Shown here one piece after another: positions 15,801 through 31,158 of a stretch of 64,000 bases of DNA. The notes under the pieces were generated by a model. That model saw only the letters and a program-made list of their open reading frames with translations, searched no databases and was not told the origin of the DNA. The first letter of the stretch is position 1; each line of letters starts with the position of its first letter. The stretch comes from the human T2T-CHM13v2.0 reference genome, Homo sapiens, in assembly GCA_009914755.4 (NCBI GenBank), contig CP086569.2:24544001-24608000 (forward strand). Reading direction: 5' to 3'. Both the position numbers and the translations under genes were made by a program.

Positions 15801-17149
15801 GACATACCTTTAATTTTCTTTCTTTGTACTATTGTTAGGTAACTTTAATGTGCAAATTATACTACAGTGAAAGTTGCCAATGACAAGGCAAAGTCACTTA
15901 CATCAGACCCAAAGCAAAGTGGAGCCGGGTCATGAAAAAGGGGATCTGTGTGTGTGTCCACAATAAGCACTATCACAAGGACTTTCTATAAACTCACAAG
16001 AAATTTCTGCCCGCCCAGCACACTCTGTTTGTCCAGCTCATCCTGTAGGTGTCTCTATAATAGGACCTTTCATAAAAAATTCCTCAAGACTGTAGCATTT
16101 CAGATAAGCCACCCTCACAAGAACACTTGCCTAGCAATGGCTGTTTCTGCCAGTAAGTTAACACCAGCTCCTGCTTCAGGCCCTGTGACCAATGATGTTT
16201 GTTTCAAAACAGCTTGCATAGACTTCTTTTTGTCTTTAAATATTTTCCTTACCTCAACCTCTTGGGATGCACCTATGATTGATCATAGCACAAATATCTC
16301 AGATTATAATCCTTGTTTATTTCCAAATAAATTTATTTCTTTGGAGATCCACTTTTTCTGTTATTATACATTGACATTGTTATCATGAAATTGGTTGGGT
16401 GATGTGTCTTATTTTCTTGTCTCCAGAAGAATTTCTGTAACAGTGCAATTAAACGTTCTTTGCATGTTTGCTAGAACTCACCTGTAAAATTGTCTGAGCA
16501 ACCAAAGCCTGGTTTTTGTGTTCAGTTTTTCTTTTGTGATTGGGGAGGGGGGTTTATCATACTGATTCAAGGTGTGAAGGTAACATCATTTTGATTTTAT
16601 ACATCTTCTTCAGTCCATTTAAGCATGTTACATAGCGTTGTTTGTTCTTTTCATGATATTCTTTACAGTAGCCTCCTAAATGTTCCCTCTGCTTCTGCCA
16701 TGAGCCCCTACAATCTATTTCAATTCAGAAGCTATAGAGTTTGTTTAAAACATGTAACATATTATGCCACCTTTCTTACTGTAAAACATCCCATGGTTTC
16801 TCGTAGTATTTATGGTAAGTGAAATTTTTATGATGGCTTGAGAAACTTTTCCCATTAGATGCCCAAGTGCTGGTCTGGTCTGATCTTCTCATCTTCCCTT
16901 GGGTGATTCTGTGGCAGTCACACTAGCCTCCTTGCTACTGCACAAAAACTCCAGCATGATCTTACTTCAGGATATTTGCCATTGTTACTGCATCTGCCTG
17001 GAACCTTTTCTCCCATATAAACATAGAGATTGCTCTTGCCTGTCCTTCAAGTCTATTCTTAAATGTCCCATTCTCTGCGAAGCTTTCCTGTCCACACTAT
17101 TTAAATTACAGACTTCACTCCCAATTCCCCATCTACTTTAAGAGTCCTC

Positions 17150-17325
17150 ATTTATCATTCCTTGACAAACTGTAAATATACATGTTCACTTTTTTATCAT
17201 CTGTCTCCAAATACTGGAATGTTAAGTTCTGTAATGTCAGATATTTCTGTTTGGTTCACTGGTGTATTCTTAAAGCATGTTACATACTAGGTATACTCAA
17301 TGAATATTTGTTGAATACATATCAC
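17150..17325 (+). mobile_element. MIR-family SINE fragment
   Basis: '...ctgtctccaaatactggaatgttaagttctgtaatgtcag...catactaggtatactcaatgaatatttgttgaatacat' matches the MIR-type 3' end ('...gcctggcacatagtaggcgctcaataaatatttgttgaatgaatg'). Confidence 0.5.
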
Positions 17326-17894
17326 ATTGGGCTTATTCCAGAAATTCAAGCTTGTTTCAATAGTTAGAGCAATCTACAAATGTAATTCATTACATTAACT
17401 AATTAAAGGAGCTAAATCACATCACCACCACAATAATGCAGAAAAACACATTTGATACAACTCAATATTCATGCCTGCCTAACAAACATCTCATGATACT
17501 AAGAAAAGAGGAAGGGATATATTATTTTCATGTATAAAACACTAACCATTGTAGCATGCCAATATATTCAAAATTCAATGAAATTCCTATCAAAATCTTA
17601 GCATTCCTCTTAGTCCTCAACAAAGCATTTCTAAAATGTGTATAGAAGACCAAAGGGCCAAAAGAGTCAACTTCTGAAGAAGTGGAAAAAGAAAGTTGAG
17701 GAAATCTTAAAACATGTTATTGAGCTTAAAGGTGCAAAAATAAATGCATGTACCATAATTCATGAGTAGAAAAATAGACTAGTGGAATAACATAAAAATA
17801 AAAACAATGCTTACATAAAATGTTGTAACTGATTTGGATGTCATTAGAAATCAGTAAGTAAATAGATGGACAATGTAATGAAAGATGCTAGGCA

Positions 17895-18136
17895 AATAAT
17901 GTGGTAGGGAGAATAATGGCCCTCAGAGATGCCCATGCCTAACCCTGGAAGCTGTGAATATGTTACACTGAATGCAATAAAGGCTTATCAGATGTGATTA
18001 AGGATGCAAACCGAGATGGAGAGATCTTCCTGGGTTATCCAGATGGGCCCAGTCTAATCACATGAGTTCTTAAAAATGGAGAACCTTTCTTAGCTGAGTC
18101 CAGAGAGAGATGTGACAATGAAAGAATGGTCAGAGA
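17895..18136 (+). mobile_element. MLT1-type MaLR LTR, 5' portion (split by the L1 insertion)
   Basis: '...gccctcagagatgcccatgcctaaccctggaagctgtgaatatgttacactgaatgcaataaaggcttatcagatgtgattaaggatgcaaaccgagatggagagatcttcctgggttatccagatgggcccagtctaatcacatgag...gagagatgtgacaatgaaagaatggtcagaga'. The same repeat resumes directly after the L1 at 24,216. Confidence 0.7.
18122..18136. repeat. Target-site duplication (5' copy) of the L1 insertion
   Basis: 'aagaatggtcagaga' sits immediately before the L1 5' end. The identical 15-mer sits immediately after the L1 poly(A) at 24,201-24,215. Confidence 0.9.
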
Positions 18137-18147
18137 GGAGGAGGAGC

Positions 18148-18158
18148 CAAGATGGCCG
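18148..18158 (+). promoter_or_regulatory. YY1-binding motif of the L1 5'-UTR internal promoter
   Basis: 'caagatggccg' at L1 positions 12-22. This is the canonical YY1 site that positions L1 transcription initiation, and it is retained intact here. Confidence 0.6.
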
Positions 18159-19041
18159 AATAGGAACAGCTCCGGTCTACAGCTCCCAGCATGAGCGACA
18201 CAGAAGACGGGTGATTTCTGCATTTCCATCACAGGTAGCGGGTTCATCTCACTAGGGAGTGCCAGAGAGTGGGCGTATGCCAGTGGGTGCACCCACTGTG
18301 CGTGAGCTGAAGCAGGGCGAGGCATTGCCTCACTTGGGAAGCACAAGGGGTCAGGGAGATCCCTTTCCGAGTCAAAGAAAGGGTTGACGGACGCACCTGG
18401 AAAATCAGGTCACTCCCACCCAAATATTGCGCTTTTTGGTAAGGCTTAAAAAACGGCCCACCATGAGATTATATCCCACACCTGGCTGGGAGGGTCCTAT
18501 GCCCATGAAGTCTCACTGATTGCTAGCACAGCAGTTTGAGATCAAACGGCAAGTTGGCAGCGAGGCTGGGGGAGGGACGCCCACCATTGTCCAGGCTTGC
18601 TTAGGTAAACAAAGCATCCAGGAAGCTCCAACTGGGTGGAGTCCACCACAGCTCAAGAAGGCCTGCCTGCCTCTGTAGGCTCCACCTCTGGGGGCAGGGC
18701 ACAGACAAACAAAAAGACAGCAGTAACCTCTGCAGACTTAAACGTCCCTGTCTGACAGCTTTGAAGAGAGCAGTGGTTCTCCCAGCACGCAGCTGGAGAT
18801 CTGAGAATGGGCAGACTGCCTCCTCAAGTGGGTCCCTGACCCCTGACCCCCGAGCAGCCTAACTGGGAGGCACCCCCCAGCAGGGGCACACTGACACCTC
18901 ACACGGCAGGGTATTCCAACAGACCTGCAGCTGAGGGTCCTGTCTGTTAGAAGGAAAACTAACAAACAGGAAGGACATCCACACCAAAAACACATCTGTA
19001 CATCACTATCATCAAAGACCAAAGTAGATAAAACCACAAAG

Positions 19042-20056
19042 ATTGGGAAAAAGCAGAACAGAAAAACTGGAAACTCTAAAACGCAGAGTGCCTCTCCTCC
19101 TCCAAAGGAACACAGTTCCTCACCAGCAACAGAATAAAGCTGGATGGAGAATGACTTTGACGAGCTGAGAGAAGAAGGCTTCAGACAATCAAATTACTCT
19201 GAGCTATGGGAGGACATTCAAACCAAAGGCAAAGAAGTTGAAAACTTTGAAAAAAATTTAGAAGAATGTATAACTGGAATAACCAATACAGAGAAGTGCT
19301 TAAAGGAGCGGATGAAGCTGAAAACCAAGGCTCCAGAACTACGTGAAGAATGCAGAAGCCTCAGGAGCTGATGCGATCAACTGGAAGAAAGGGTATCAGC
19401 AATGGAAGATGAAATGAATGAAATGAAGTGAGAAGGGAAGTTTAGAGAAAAAAGAATAAAAAGAAATGAGCAAAGCCTCCAAGAAATATGGAACTATGTG
19501 AAAAGATCAAATCTACATCTGATTGGTGTACCTGAAAGTGATGGGGAGAATGGAACCAAGTTGGAAAACACTCTGCAGGATATTATCCAGGAGAACTTCC
19601 CCAATCTAGCAAGGCAGGCCAACGTTCAGATTCAGGAAATACAGAGAACACCACAAAGACACTCCTTGAGAAGAGCAACTCCAAGACACATAATTGTCAG
19701 ATTCACCAAAGTTGAAATGAAGGAAAAAATGTTAAGGGCAGCCAGAGAGAAAGGTCAGGTTACCCTCAAAGGGAAGCCCATCAGACTAACAGCAGATCTC
19801 TCAGCAGAAACCTTACAAGCCAGAAGAGAGTGGGGGCCAATATTCAACATTCTTAAAGAAAGAATTTTCAACCCAGAATTTCATATCCAGCCAAACTAAG
19901 CTTCATAAGTGAAGGAGAAATAAAATACTTTACAGACAAGCAAATGCTGAGAGATTTTGTCACCACCAGGCCTGCCCTAAAAGAGCTCCCGAAGGAAGCG
20001 CTAAACATGGAAAGGCAGAACCAGTACCAGCCGCTGCAAAATCATGCCCAAATATA
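19042..20056 (+). pseudogene. L1 ORF1 remnant (disrupted)
   Basis: The initiator ATG is mutated to ATT at 19,042 ('agattgggaaaaagcagaac' where 'agatggggaaaaaacagaac' is expected). There is an in-frame TGA at 19,372 after '..ECRSLRS', then the frame resumes ('MKRSNLHLIGVPESDGENGTKLENTLQDIIQENFPNLARQANVQIQEIQRTPQRHSLRRATPRHIIVRFTKVEMKEKMLRAAREKGQVTLKGKPIRLTADLSAETLQARREWGPIFNILKE..'). Confidence 0.9.
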
Positions 20057-20120
20057 AAGACCATCGAGACTAGGAAGAAACTGCATCAACTAACGAGCAA
20101 AATCACCAGCTAACATCATA

Positions 20121-23949
<3,829 letters not shown>

Positions 23950-24153
23950 ATGAGATCACATGGACACAGGAAGGGGAATATCACAGTCTGGGAACGGTGG
24001 AGGGGTGGGGGCAGCGGGGAGGGATAGCATTGGGAGATATACCTAATGCTAGATGACGAGTTAGTGGGTGCAGCGCACCAGCATGGCACATGTATGCATA
24101 TGTAACTAACCTGCACAATGTGCACATGTACCCTAAAACTTAAAGTATAATGA

Positions 24154-24198
<45 letters not shown>

Positions 24199-24200
24199 AA

Positions 24201-24215
24201 AAGAATGGTCAGAGA
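24201..24215. repeat. Target-site duplication (3' copy) of the L1 insertion
   Basis: 'aagaatggtcagaga' directly after the L1 A-rich tail '(aaat)n aaaa'. Confidence 0.9.
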
Positions 24216-24470
24216 AATGTGACATTGCCAGCTTTAAAAAGAGAGAGGAGAGGCAATGAGAAAGGGAATGCTGATGTTCTCTAGAAGATAGAAAAGGACA
24301 GGATATGGATTCTACCCTAGCCGCCATAAAGAAACATGCCTGTCGACAACTTGATTTTAGTTCACTAAAATGCATGCCTGATTTCTGACTTGTGTACACT
24401 GTAAGATGATAAGTTTGTGTTATTTTAGGTCACTTAGTTTGTAGAAATTTGTTACAGCAGTAATAGAACA
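24216..24470 (+). mobile_element. MLT1-type MaLR LTR, 3' portion (continuation after the L1)
   Basis: '...aatgtgacattgccagctttaaaaagagagaggagaggcaatgagaaagggaatgctgatgttctctagaagatagaaaaggacaggatatggattctaccctagccgcc...gacttgtgtacactgtaagatgataagtttgtgttattttaggtcacttagtttgtagaaatttgttacagcagtaatagaac' matches the MLT1 3' half. Confidence 0.7.
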
Positions 24471-25937
24471 AGTGGTTATCCATATGAGGCAAATTAGATT
24501 GGATAACTGTCTCCAATAGAAATCAATTCAAGGTGAATTCCAGGAAAATACTTAAAACATTTAGATTAAAAATAAATGAGAATTTTTGTTACTTTTGGTA
24601 GGTCATAGAACCAAGAAAAACAAACATTAAGGAGGAAAAATGAACATATGACTACATCAAAATATAAAGCTTCTCTATTTGGATGATATCATAAGGTGAC
24701 AAATCATAAACTGTAATATTTGCAACATATATATGAGTGAATAAATATACATTTAGAATATATATGAACTCCCAAAAATCAACAGGAAAAATAAGACATA
24801 GAACAAGCAAAATGCATAAACAAAAGAAGGCAAAACAAAAATTATGACTCATAATTATATGAAAAGAAGCTCATCTTCATAGATGAGCAGATAAATGCAA
24901 ATTAAAACCACCCTGAGATGCTTTTTACATCCATGAGCCTGATAAAAGTTAGAGTCTAAAAGTAATATTTAACAAAGATGGGAAGTAACAGAAAATCTTG
25001 TCCATTACTGGTTAAAGTATAAACTGATACAGCTAATTTATAGAATATTGCATTATAGAATAAAGTTGTGAGTATGTATACGCAGTGACTCAGCATCTTC
25101 ATTGCTAATATGTACTCAAGAGAAACTTACAGGAGTGGACTAGGAAGTAAATACAAAATGATTACAACATTGTTTGTTATATCAAAAAATAAAAAAGACA
25201 CCCAATTTACCAGCAAAAAAAAAATAAGTAAAAATAAATCCTGGTGTATTCTAACAATGGAATAGTATATAGCCATTAAAATAAATCAACTATTACTGTA
25301 CATATGAATGTAAGTATCAGCAAAACATATTGTTTAGTGAAAAAGTAAGAAGCTGAAGAAGAATATATACAATATGGTTACATTTATATGAAGTCCAAAA
25401 ACTTGCAAAATAAAGAAATGTATTTAGAAATAGATTCACATGTGAGAAAACTAGAAGAAAATTAATGAAAGGATAAAAGGGATAGCAGTAATTCTGAGTA
25501 GTTGAGGGGATTTCAATTGGAAAAAAATAGTATCATATTCTTTAAGTCAGGTAGTGGGTATTAGCATTTGTTTTACCATCGTTCTTTATTCTTATAGCTA
25601 CATTATGTATTTTCTATGTATTTAATGTATTTTTTGCATAATTAAATATTATGCAATAAAAATGAGAAAACAAAAAAGTAGAAAATGATAAATAACATAC
25701 AATAAAGAAATGGAGAAAAAATTATAATCTAGTTGAGTAATGGTATATTACATAGCTATTTTCTTAAGTAGATGTATGTACATGATGTATGCATGATTGT
25801 ACATACATGTTCTTAATTATATATAAATATATATGTACATATTTTTAATATAAAATACTAAACAAAGTACACCAAAATATTAGCTCCTATGTTAGTGAGA
25901 TAATGTTTTTTTTTTGTATTTTAAGTTTTACATAGTA

Positions 25938-26320
25938 GGTGTATTTGTCTGTTTTCATACTGCTATAAAGAACTGCCCAAGACTGGGTAATTTATAAAGG
26001 AAAGAAGTTTAATTGGCTCACAGTTCAGTACAGCTTGGGAGGCCTCAGGAAATCCACAATCATGGCGGAAGACAAAGAGGAAGCAAGGTAGCTTCTTTGC
26101 AAGGCAGCATGAAGAAGTGCTGAGCAAAGGGGAAAGAATCCCTTATAAAATCATCAAATCTCGTGAGAACTCACTATCACAAGAACAGCACAGGGGAAAC
26201 TGCCCCCATGATTCAATTACCTCCACCTGGTCTCTCCCTTGACATGTGGGGATTATGGGGGCTATGGGGATTACAATTCAAGATGAGATTCAGGTGGGGA
26301 TACAAAGCCTAACCATATCA
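25938..26320 (-). mobile_element. Solo MaLR LTR of the THE1/MST family (reverse orientation)
   Basis: It is the reverse complement of the THE1/MST consensus. The window reads 'gtgtatttgtctgttttcatactgctataaagaactgcccaagactgggtaatttataaaggaaagaagtttaattggctcacagttc...ccatgattcaattacctccacctggtctctcccttgacatgtggggattatggg...attcaggtggggatacaaagcctaaccatatca'. The consensus is 'TGATATGGTTTGGCTGTGTCCCCACCCAAATCTCATCTTGAATTGTAG...'. Confidence 0.85.
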
Positions 26321-27531
26321 GTAGGCAAGTGTTGAATTTTAAACTCAGAGAAAAATACTAGTGTTTTTATAGGATTCTTACTAAAGAAAAACGAGAAAGT
26401 AATAAACCATCTATGCTAAGACATAAAATTCAGTTGTTTAGTTACAAGATAGAATGTGGCCTTGTAAGAAAGCAAATTAACTTCTAACATACAAAGCCTT
26501 AGAGAAGATTCAAGTGACTGACGGATCTTAAACAGAGCTATTATTACAACTCAAACTGCAGTAAAATATCCTAAGCAACATAGATGTGTGTGTTTCCCTA
26601 GTCAGAGCAATACAAATTTAATGAAACTCCATTGGTGGTGTTTTTAATCAGACAATTTCTGAAGATGTCCTGGCTTATTCATAGACGCAAGCCAAATCTC
26701 TAGAAGAGTACCATAATAAGAAAAAAAAAAGAATACAGGCAATTGAGAGCTGTTCCAAAGTTTAGGGAGTATTTGTAAGGAATTAATAAATAAAAATGTT
26801 CTTGAAAGAGAGAAATTAATATGCAGTTCATACTGCCAGAATTGCAGGCAATTTATCAAAGTCCCCTAATCCTCCAAAATCGCTAATTTTTTCTGACACA
26901 CACTTTACAGTACAGAAGAAAATGTCTCCGGCAATAAATCACAAAGTTAAAATTACCTAGTCTACAATTAACTAGACAGTGATGGTAAATCATTTTCTAC
27001 CAAAAGAAAGAAATGTCTTGTCTATTCAGGTTCTGCTCTACTTAAAAGTTTTCCTTGTTGGCGAGCAAGTGGTTAGAAAATCATATTTTATACTTACATT
27101 CAGCTTAACTATCATTCAGTTCAAGATGATGACTCAGGGCCTTATCCATACCTTCAAGTTTGCTCTTAGCAAGTAATTGTTTCAGTATCTATATCAAAAA
27201 TGGCTTAAGCCTGCAACATGTTTCTGAATGATTAACAAGGTGATAGTCAGTTCTTCATTGAATCCTGGATGCTTTATTTTTCTTAATAAGAGGAATTCAT
27301 ATGGATCAGCTAGAAAAAAAATTAAGAGGAAAATCACATGGAAAGTTATTAAATATTATATATATATTATATATAATATTATATATTATATATCATTTCC
27401 AAATTCCCCAGCGTTCATGTTTGTCAGTGCAAGTAAAGAGCCTTAGTGCTGATTAGGTTTGAGGTATGACCATTTGGCCAGAATTTATGAACTCTACATG
27501 TCGCTTGATATGTGCTTCAGGGTACACTTTT

Positions 27532-27835
27532 TTTTTTTTTTTTTTTTTTTTTTTGAGACGGAGTCTTGTTCTGTCACCCAGGCTGGAGTGCAGCAGTGCG
27601 ATCTCAGCTCACCGCAAGCTCCGTCTCCCGGGTTCATGCCATTCTCCTGCCTCAGCCTCCTGAGTAGCTGGGACTACAGGTGCCCACCACTATGCCCTGC
27701 TAATTTTTTGTATTTTTAGTACAGACGGGGTTTCACCCTGTTAGCCAGGATGGTCTCTATCTCCTGATCTCGTGATCCACCCACCTCAGCCTCCCAAAGT
27801 GCTGGAATTACGGGCGTGAGCGACCACGCCCCGCC
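27532..27835 (-). mobile_element. Alu SINE (AluS/Y-like, reverse orientation) with 13-bp TSD
   Basis: Poly-T then 'gagacggagtcttgttctgtcacccaggctggagtgcagcagtgcgatctcagctcaccgcaagctccgtctcccgggttcatgccattctcctgcc...ggcgtgagcgaccacgccccgcc'. It is flanked by 'agggtacactttt' at 27,519-27,531 and 27,836-27,848. Confidence 0.92.
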
Positions 27836-29289
27836 AGGGTACACTTTTAAGCAGAGACACTATTTTGAAGGTCATAAAAAATATAATAAGATATAAGGCT
27901 AATTTCCTTTAATAATAATAATAATAAATTCCTTTAATAAAAATACAAAGGAATAATATAATAATTTTCTTTAATAAAATATAATAAGAGATAAGGCTAA
28001 TTTCCTTTAATAAAATATAGTAACTACATACCAACACAGAATTCCAAAAAAACGAAATGGAGAGGAAGACAGCATGGGTCATTAATCTTGTCAAAAATAT
28101 AAAATTATATACGAGGAATTCCTAGAAACTGTTTTCCTTGTCTGCGGCCATTGTGCTGCTGCTAGACAACTACCGCAAGCAGCCCTTCATGCCCTCCTCC
28201 CAGTACAAAGCTAATTGATTTGTGAGAAATGTTAAGCTTGGAAGAGTCAGCAACGCTGCACTTATTTTTTATTCTACTCTGACATTAGAATAATTCTTGA
28301 GTGGGGGAAGGGTTAAAACCCCCCCTGGATAAGTGTTACTAATTAATGATGATTGTTTTAAACAATGTTTGGATAATTTTTCCTTTTCCCTTGACATAAA
28401 CTTGATAAATAACTGAGAAGTGAGAAGGAGATTAGTGGGTTGATTAAATTCCATCAGGTACTTAAAGTTAGCTCCAAAAATTTAGCTATTTATAAATTGT
28501 CATACATTGTTAATGTATAAGAGATGTAGATTTCATTTATCTTTGGTGGAGCGAGATGAAGCAGTGAATCATTGAAGACTGAAAGAAAGAAAAAGGTCTT
28601 TTCCCTTTTCTTTAAGAAGCATCGTTAGTTAAAAATATGTTAGTTGATACCAGAGAACTATATTTAAAGGGTCAGCAATAAGCAAATTGATTACTCTGGT
28701 GATTATTGGAGTGACATTGCCTTTTAGTTGTACTTTCACAAAAATTCACAATATTTGCCAAAGTCAAGTTATCCATTACACTATTAATTTGTCATTCTTT
28801 TGTTTATATAGTCAATATCTCTATCTCAATTGGATCTATCTCAACTGCTTCTAAACAAGCCACCATAGTCTCTCCCATTTCAACAATCTCTTCCAAGTAC
28901 CATTTCATTTCTTCTTTTCATATTTTTGAAAACTTTTGTAAAACTACCTATTTTCCTCCTCCATTTCTTGTTCATTCCATTCTAGTGGACATGGAATCTG
29001 TTCCTCCTCCAAAACGGAATTTGGTAACCTTTAAATTACTAAACCCAAAACAATATGTTGTTTTTATCTTTACCTCTCTGTGGCATTTAATGATAAGACC
29101 ACTACTTTCTTCTCTTTTACCCTTCTTTCTTGAATTCAGTCAAACAATGTACTTACATTTTTCATCTTATTCTCCATCTTAGAAACCACCTCAGCTTTCT
29201 CCATTCAGCCATAAAATTGTGCTTTTCCTCAAAGATTAATCTGCCTCTCCTTTCACTCTATACTATCTCTGTTAGCTAATTTTATTTGT

Positions 29290-29400
29290 GCACATTGCTT
29301 ATACTGGGCATTATATACACATATGCATGTGTGTACATGTGCACACACACACTGTATGTGGACATGTATATATATGTGTGTGTGTGTATATATATTATAT
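29290..29400. repeat. TG/CA/TA-rich simple-sequence tract
   Basis: 'catatgcatgtgtgtacatgtgcacacacacactgtatgtggacatgtatatatatgtgtgtgtgtgtatatatattatatatata'. Confidence 0.85.
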
Positions 29401-29429
29401 ATATAAATTACAATAACATAAAGGTGGCA

Positions 29430-29530
29430 TTTTAAATTAGTGGAAATTACCCTGATTTGATCACTACACATTCTATACATGTAAAGAAATATCACTCTGT
29501 ATCCCAAGAATATGTACAATTATGGTTTGT
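29430..29530 (+). mobile_element. L1 3'-terminal fragment (old L1 3' UTR end)
   Basis: 'ccctgatttgatcactacacattctatacatgtaaagaaatatcactctgtatcccaagaatatgtacaattatggtttgtcaa' resembles the L1PB/L1MA 3'-UTR terminus. A near-copy of the same motif lies at 32,405-32,500. Confidence 0.5.
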
Positions 29531-29648
29531 CAAGTGAAAAAGTTCATACCTTGAAAAATTTTAGATAAATATCAAACTTTCTCTGAAACCATAACTGTAA
29601 AATGTAAAAAACAGTAATTGCTATATTGCTTATTTCTGAGTAGAAGAA

Positions 29649-29775
29649 TATGAGCATTTCCCTAATCATTAGGTGTAATTACAATTACATATATATGTAT
29701 GTTATTTATATATTTATGACATACATACATATATATGTAATTGTAATTACACCTAATGATTAGGGAAATGTCTCA
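29649..29775. repeat. Near-perfect AT-rich palindrome (arms ~53 bp, spacer ~20 bp)
   Basis: Left arm is 'atatgagcatttccctaatcattaggtgtaattacaattacatatatatgtatgt' (29,649-29,701). The spacer is 'tatttatatatttatgacat'. Right arm is 'acatacatatatatgtaattgtaattacacctaatgattagggaaatgtctcatat' (29,722-29,775). The inner 46 bp of the arms are exact reverse complements, and the outer 7-8 bp carry one mismatch. Confidence 0.9.
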
Positions 29776-30855
29776 TATTCTATATATATAGACAGAAAGA
29801 GAGAAAATACATGAGGTAGAGAAAGAATATTTCCATCTCCTTTGAGTTCCACGGTGTTGAGAGTCAGGACAACTACAATTGCTTCATCATGCCTGCTCGC
29901 AATTATAGGGCTTTTGAACCATTTGTTCCCTCCTTAGATATCCTCATTTTTTTCAGATTCTTGCTTAGAAGTCACTCCTCCGTGGACCTCCTCTGACATA
30001 TTAAACATTGCAGTCCATTATAAGCTGCAAGAGGACAGGGATTTTTGCCTGTTTTATTCCCTACTGTATCACCAGGGGCTACAGCAATATCTGACAAACA
30101 GTGGGCATGTAATGAATATTTGTTAAGTGAAGTAATAAATTCAATCAAATCACATCACCTGTTTAAAGCACTTCATTGGCTTCACATTGCACTTAGAATA
30201 AAGAGAAATTCTTTTTATACAATATAAGTTCCTGCAGAATGGAGACACTTTCTACTTCTCCAGCCTCTTTTCAACTCCTCTCCTACTAGCTTCTGTATTT
30301 AAGCCACATTAGACCTTTCTTCAGTTTTTTATATAGACTTTGTTGCATCACACCTCAGAGATTCTGTACATGTTCTTCCTCCTGCCTAGAAAGGATCGTC
30401 CCTCCACTTTCGCCAACTAATCCCTGCTCAACTTTTCATCTCAGCAGGAGGCCCATTCTCTTTGGCAATACTCTGGCCTCCAGCCCATTTATTACATGCT
30501 CACATGTCATCATGTACTTCGTACAGCATGTAACACAATTGCACTTTTATATTTTAACAAATTATTTTCCCATATTGAACTGTAAGTCTCCTGAAAGGAG
30601 GAATTTTGTTCTTGCTCATCATCAACTTTTTCAACATCCAGTGCACCATTTAGAACTTAGATGTAGTCAATACAGGTTTGTGGAATGAAAGAGGAAAAGA
30701 AAGAATTAATATTCCTTTAAATTAGGATTGCAAAGATCGTATATAGAAAATTGGCTAAGTTGTGGTCCATTCATGTTTGCTCCCAATTAAGGAGCACAGC
30801 TATGAAAAGGAAGGCTTCAAATTAATAACCAATAGATTTTTTAAAAAAGAAAACT

Positions 30856-31158
30856 GGCCAGGTACTGTGGCTTATGTCTGTAATATCAGCATGTTGGGAG
30901 GCCAAGGCAGGATTACTTGAGCCCAGAAATTCCAGACCAGCCTGAGAATTTGGCAAAACTCTGTCTCTACAAAAAATACAAAAATTAGCCAAATTTGGTG
31001 GCATGTGCCTGTAGTACCAGCTACTTGGGAGGCTAGGTTGAAGAATAGCTTGAGTCTGGGAGGTCAAGGCTGCAATGAGCTGTGATCGCACCACTGCACT
31101 CAAGCCTGGGTGGTAGAGTAAGACCCTGTCTCAAAAAAAAAAAAAAAAAAAGAAAAAT
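30856..31158 (+). mobile_element. Alu SINE (diverged, AluJ-like)
   Basis: 'ggccaggtactgtggcttatgtctgtaatatcagcatgttgggaggccaaggcagg...caccactgcactcaagcctgggtggtagagtaagaccctgtctcaaaaaaaaaaaaaaaaaaag'. Confidence 0.88.

Noticed and set aside
15948-16388. 146-aa ORF in unique AT-moderate sequence
   Set aside because: I recognised no domain or family. It is Ser/Cys/Thr-rich, has no convincing start context or splice structure, and lies in a region with MIR remnants. It is most likely a chance ORF.
25938-26320. Possible L1 5' region or unknown repeat (motif 'ggaaactgcccccatgattcaattacctccacc')
   Set aside because: On reflection it is the reverse complement of the THE1/MST MaLR LTR consensus ('TGATATGGTTTGGCTGTGTCCCCACCCAAATCTCATCTTGAATTGTAG..'), so it is annotated as a solo LTR instead.
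27890-28020. Direct repeat 'ataaggctaatttcctttaataa' about 100 bp apart as possible TSDs of a small insertion
   Set aside because: The intervening sequence is just AT-rich low complexity ('aataataataataa...') with no recognisable element. It is more likely a local tandem duplication or slippage.
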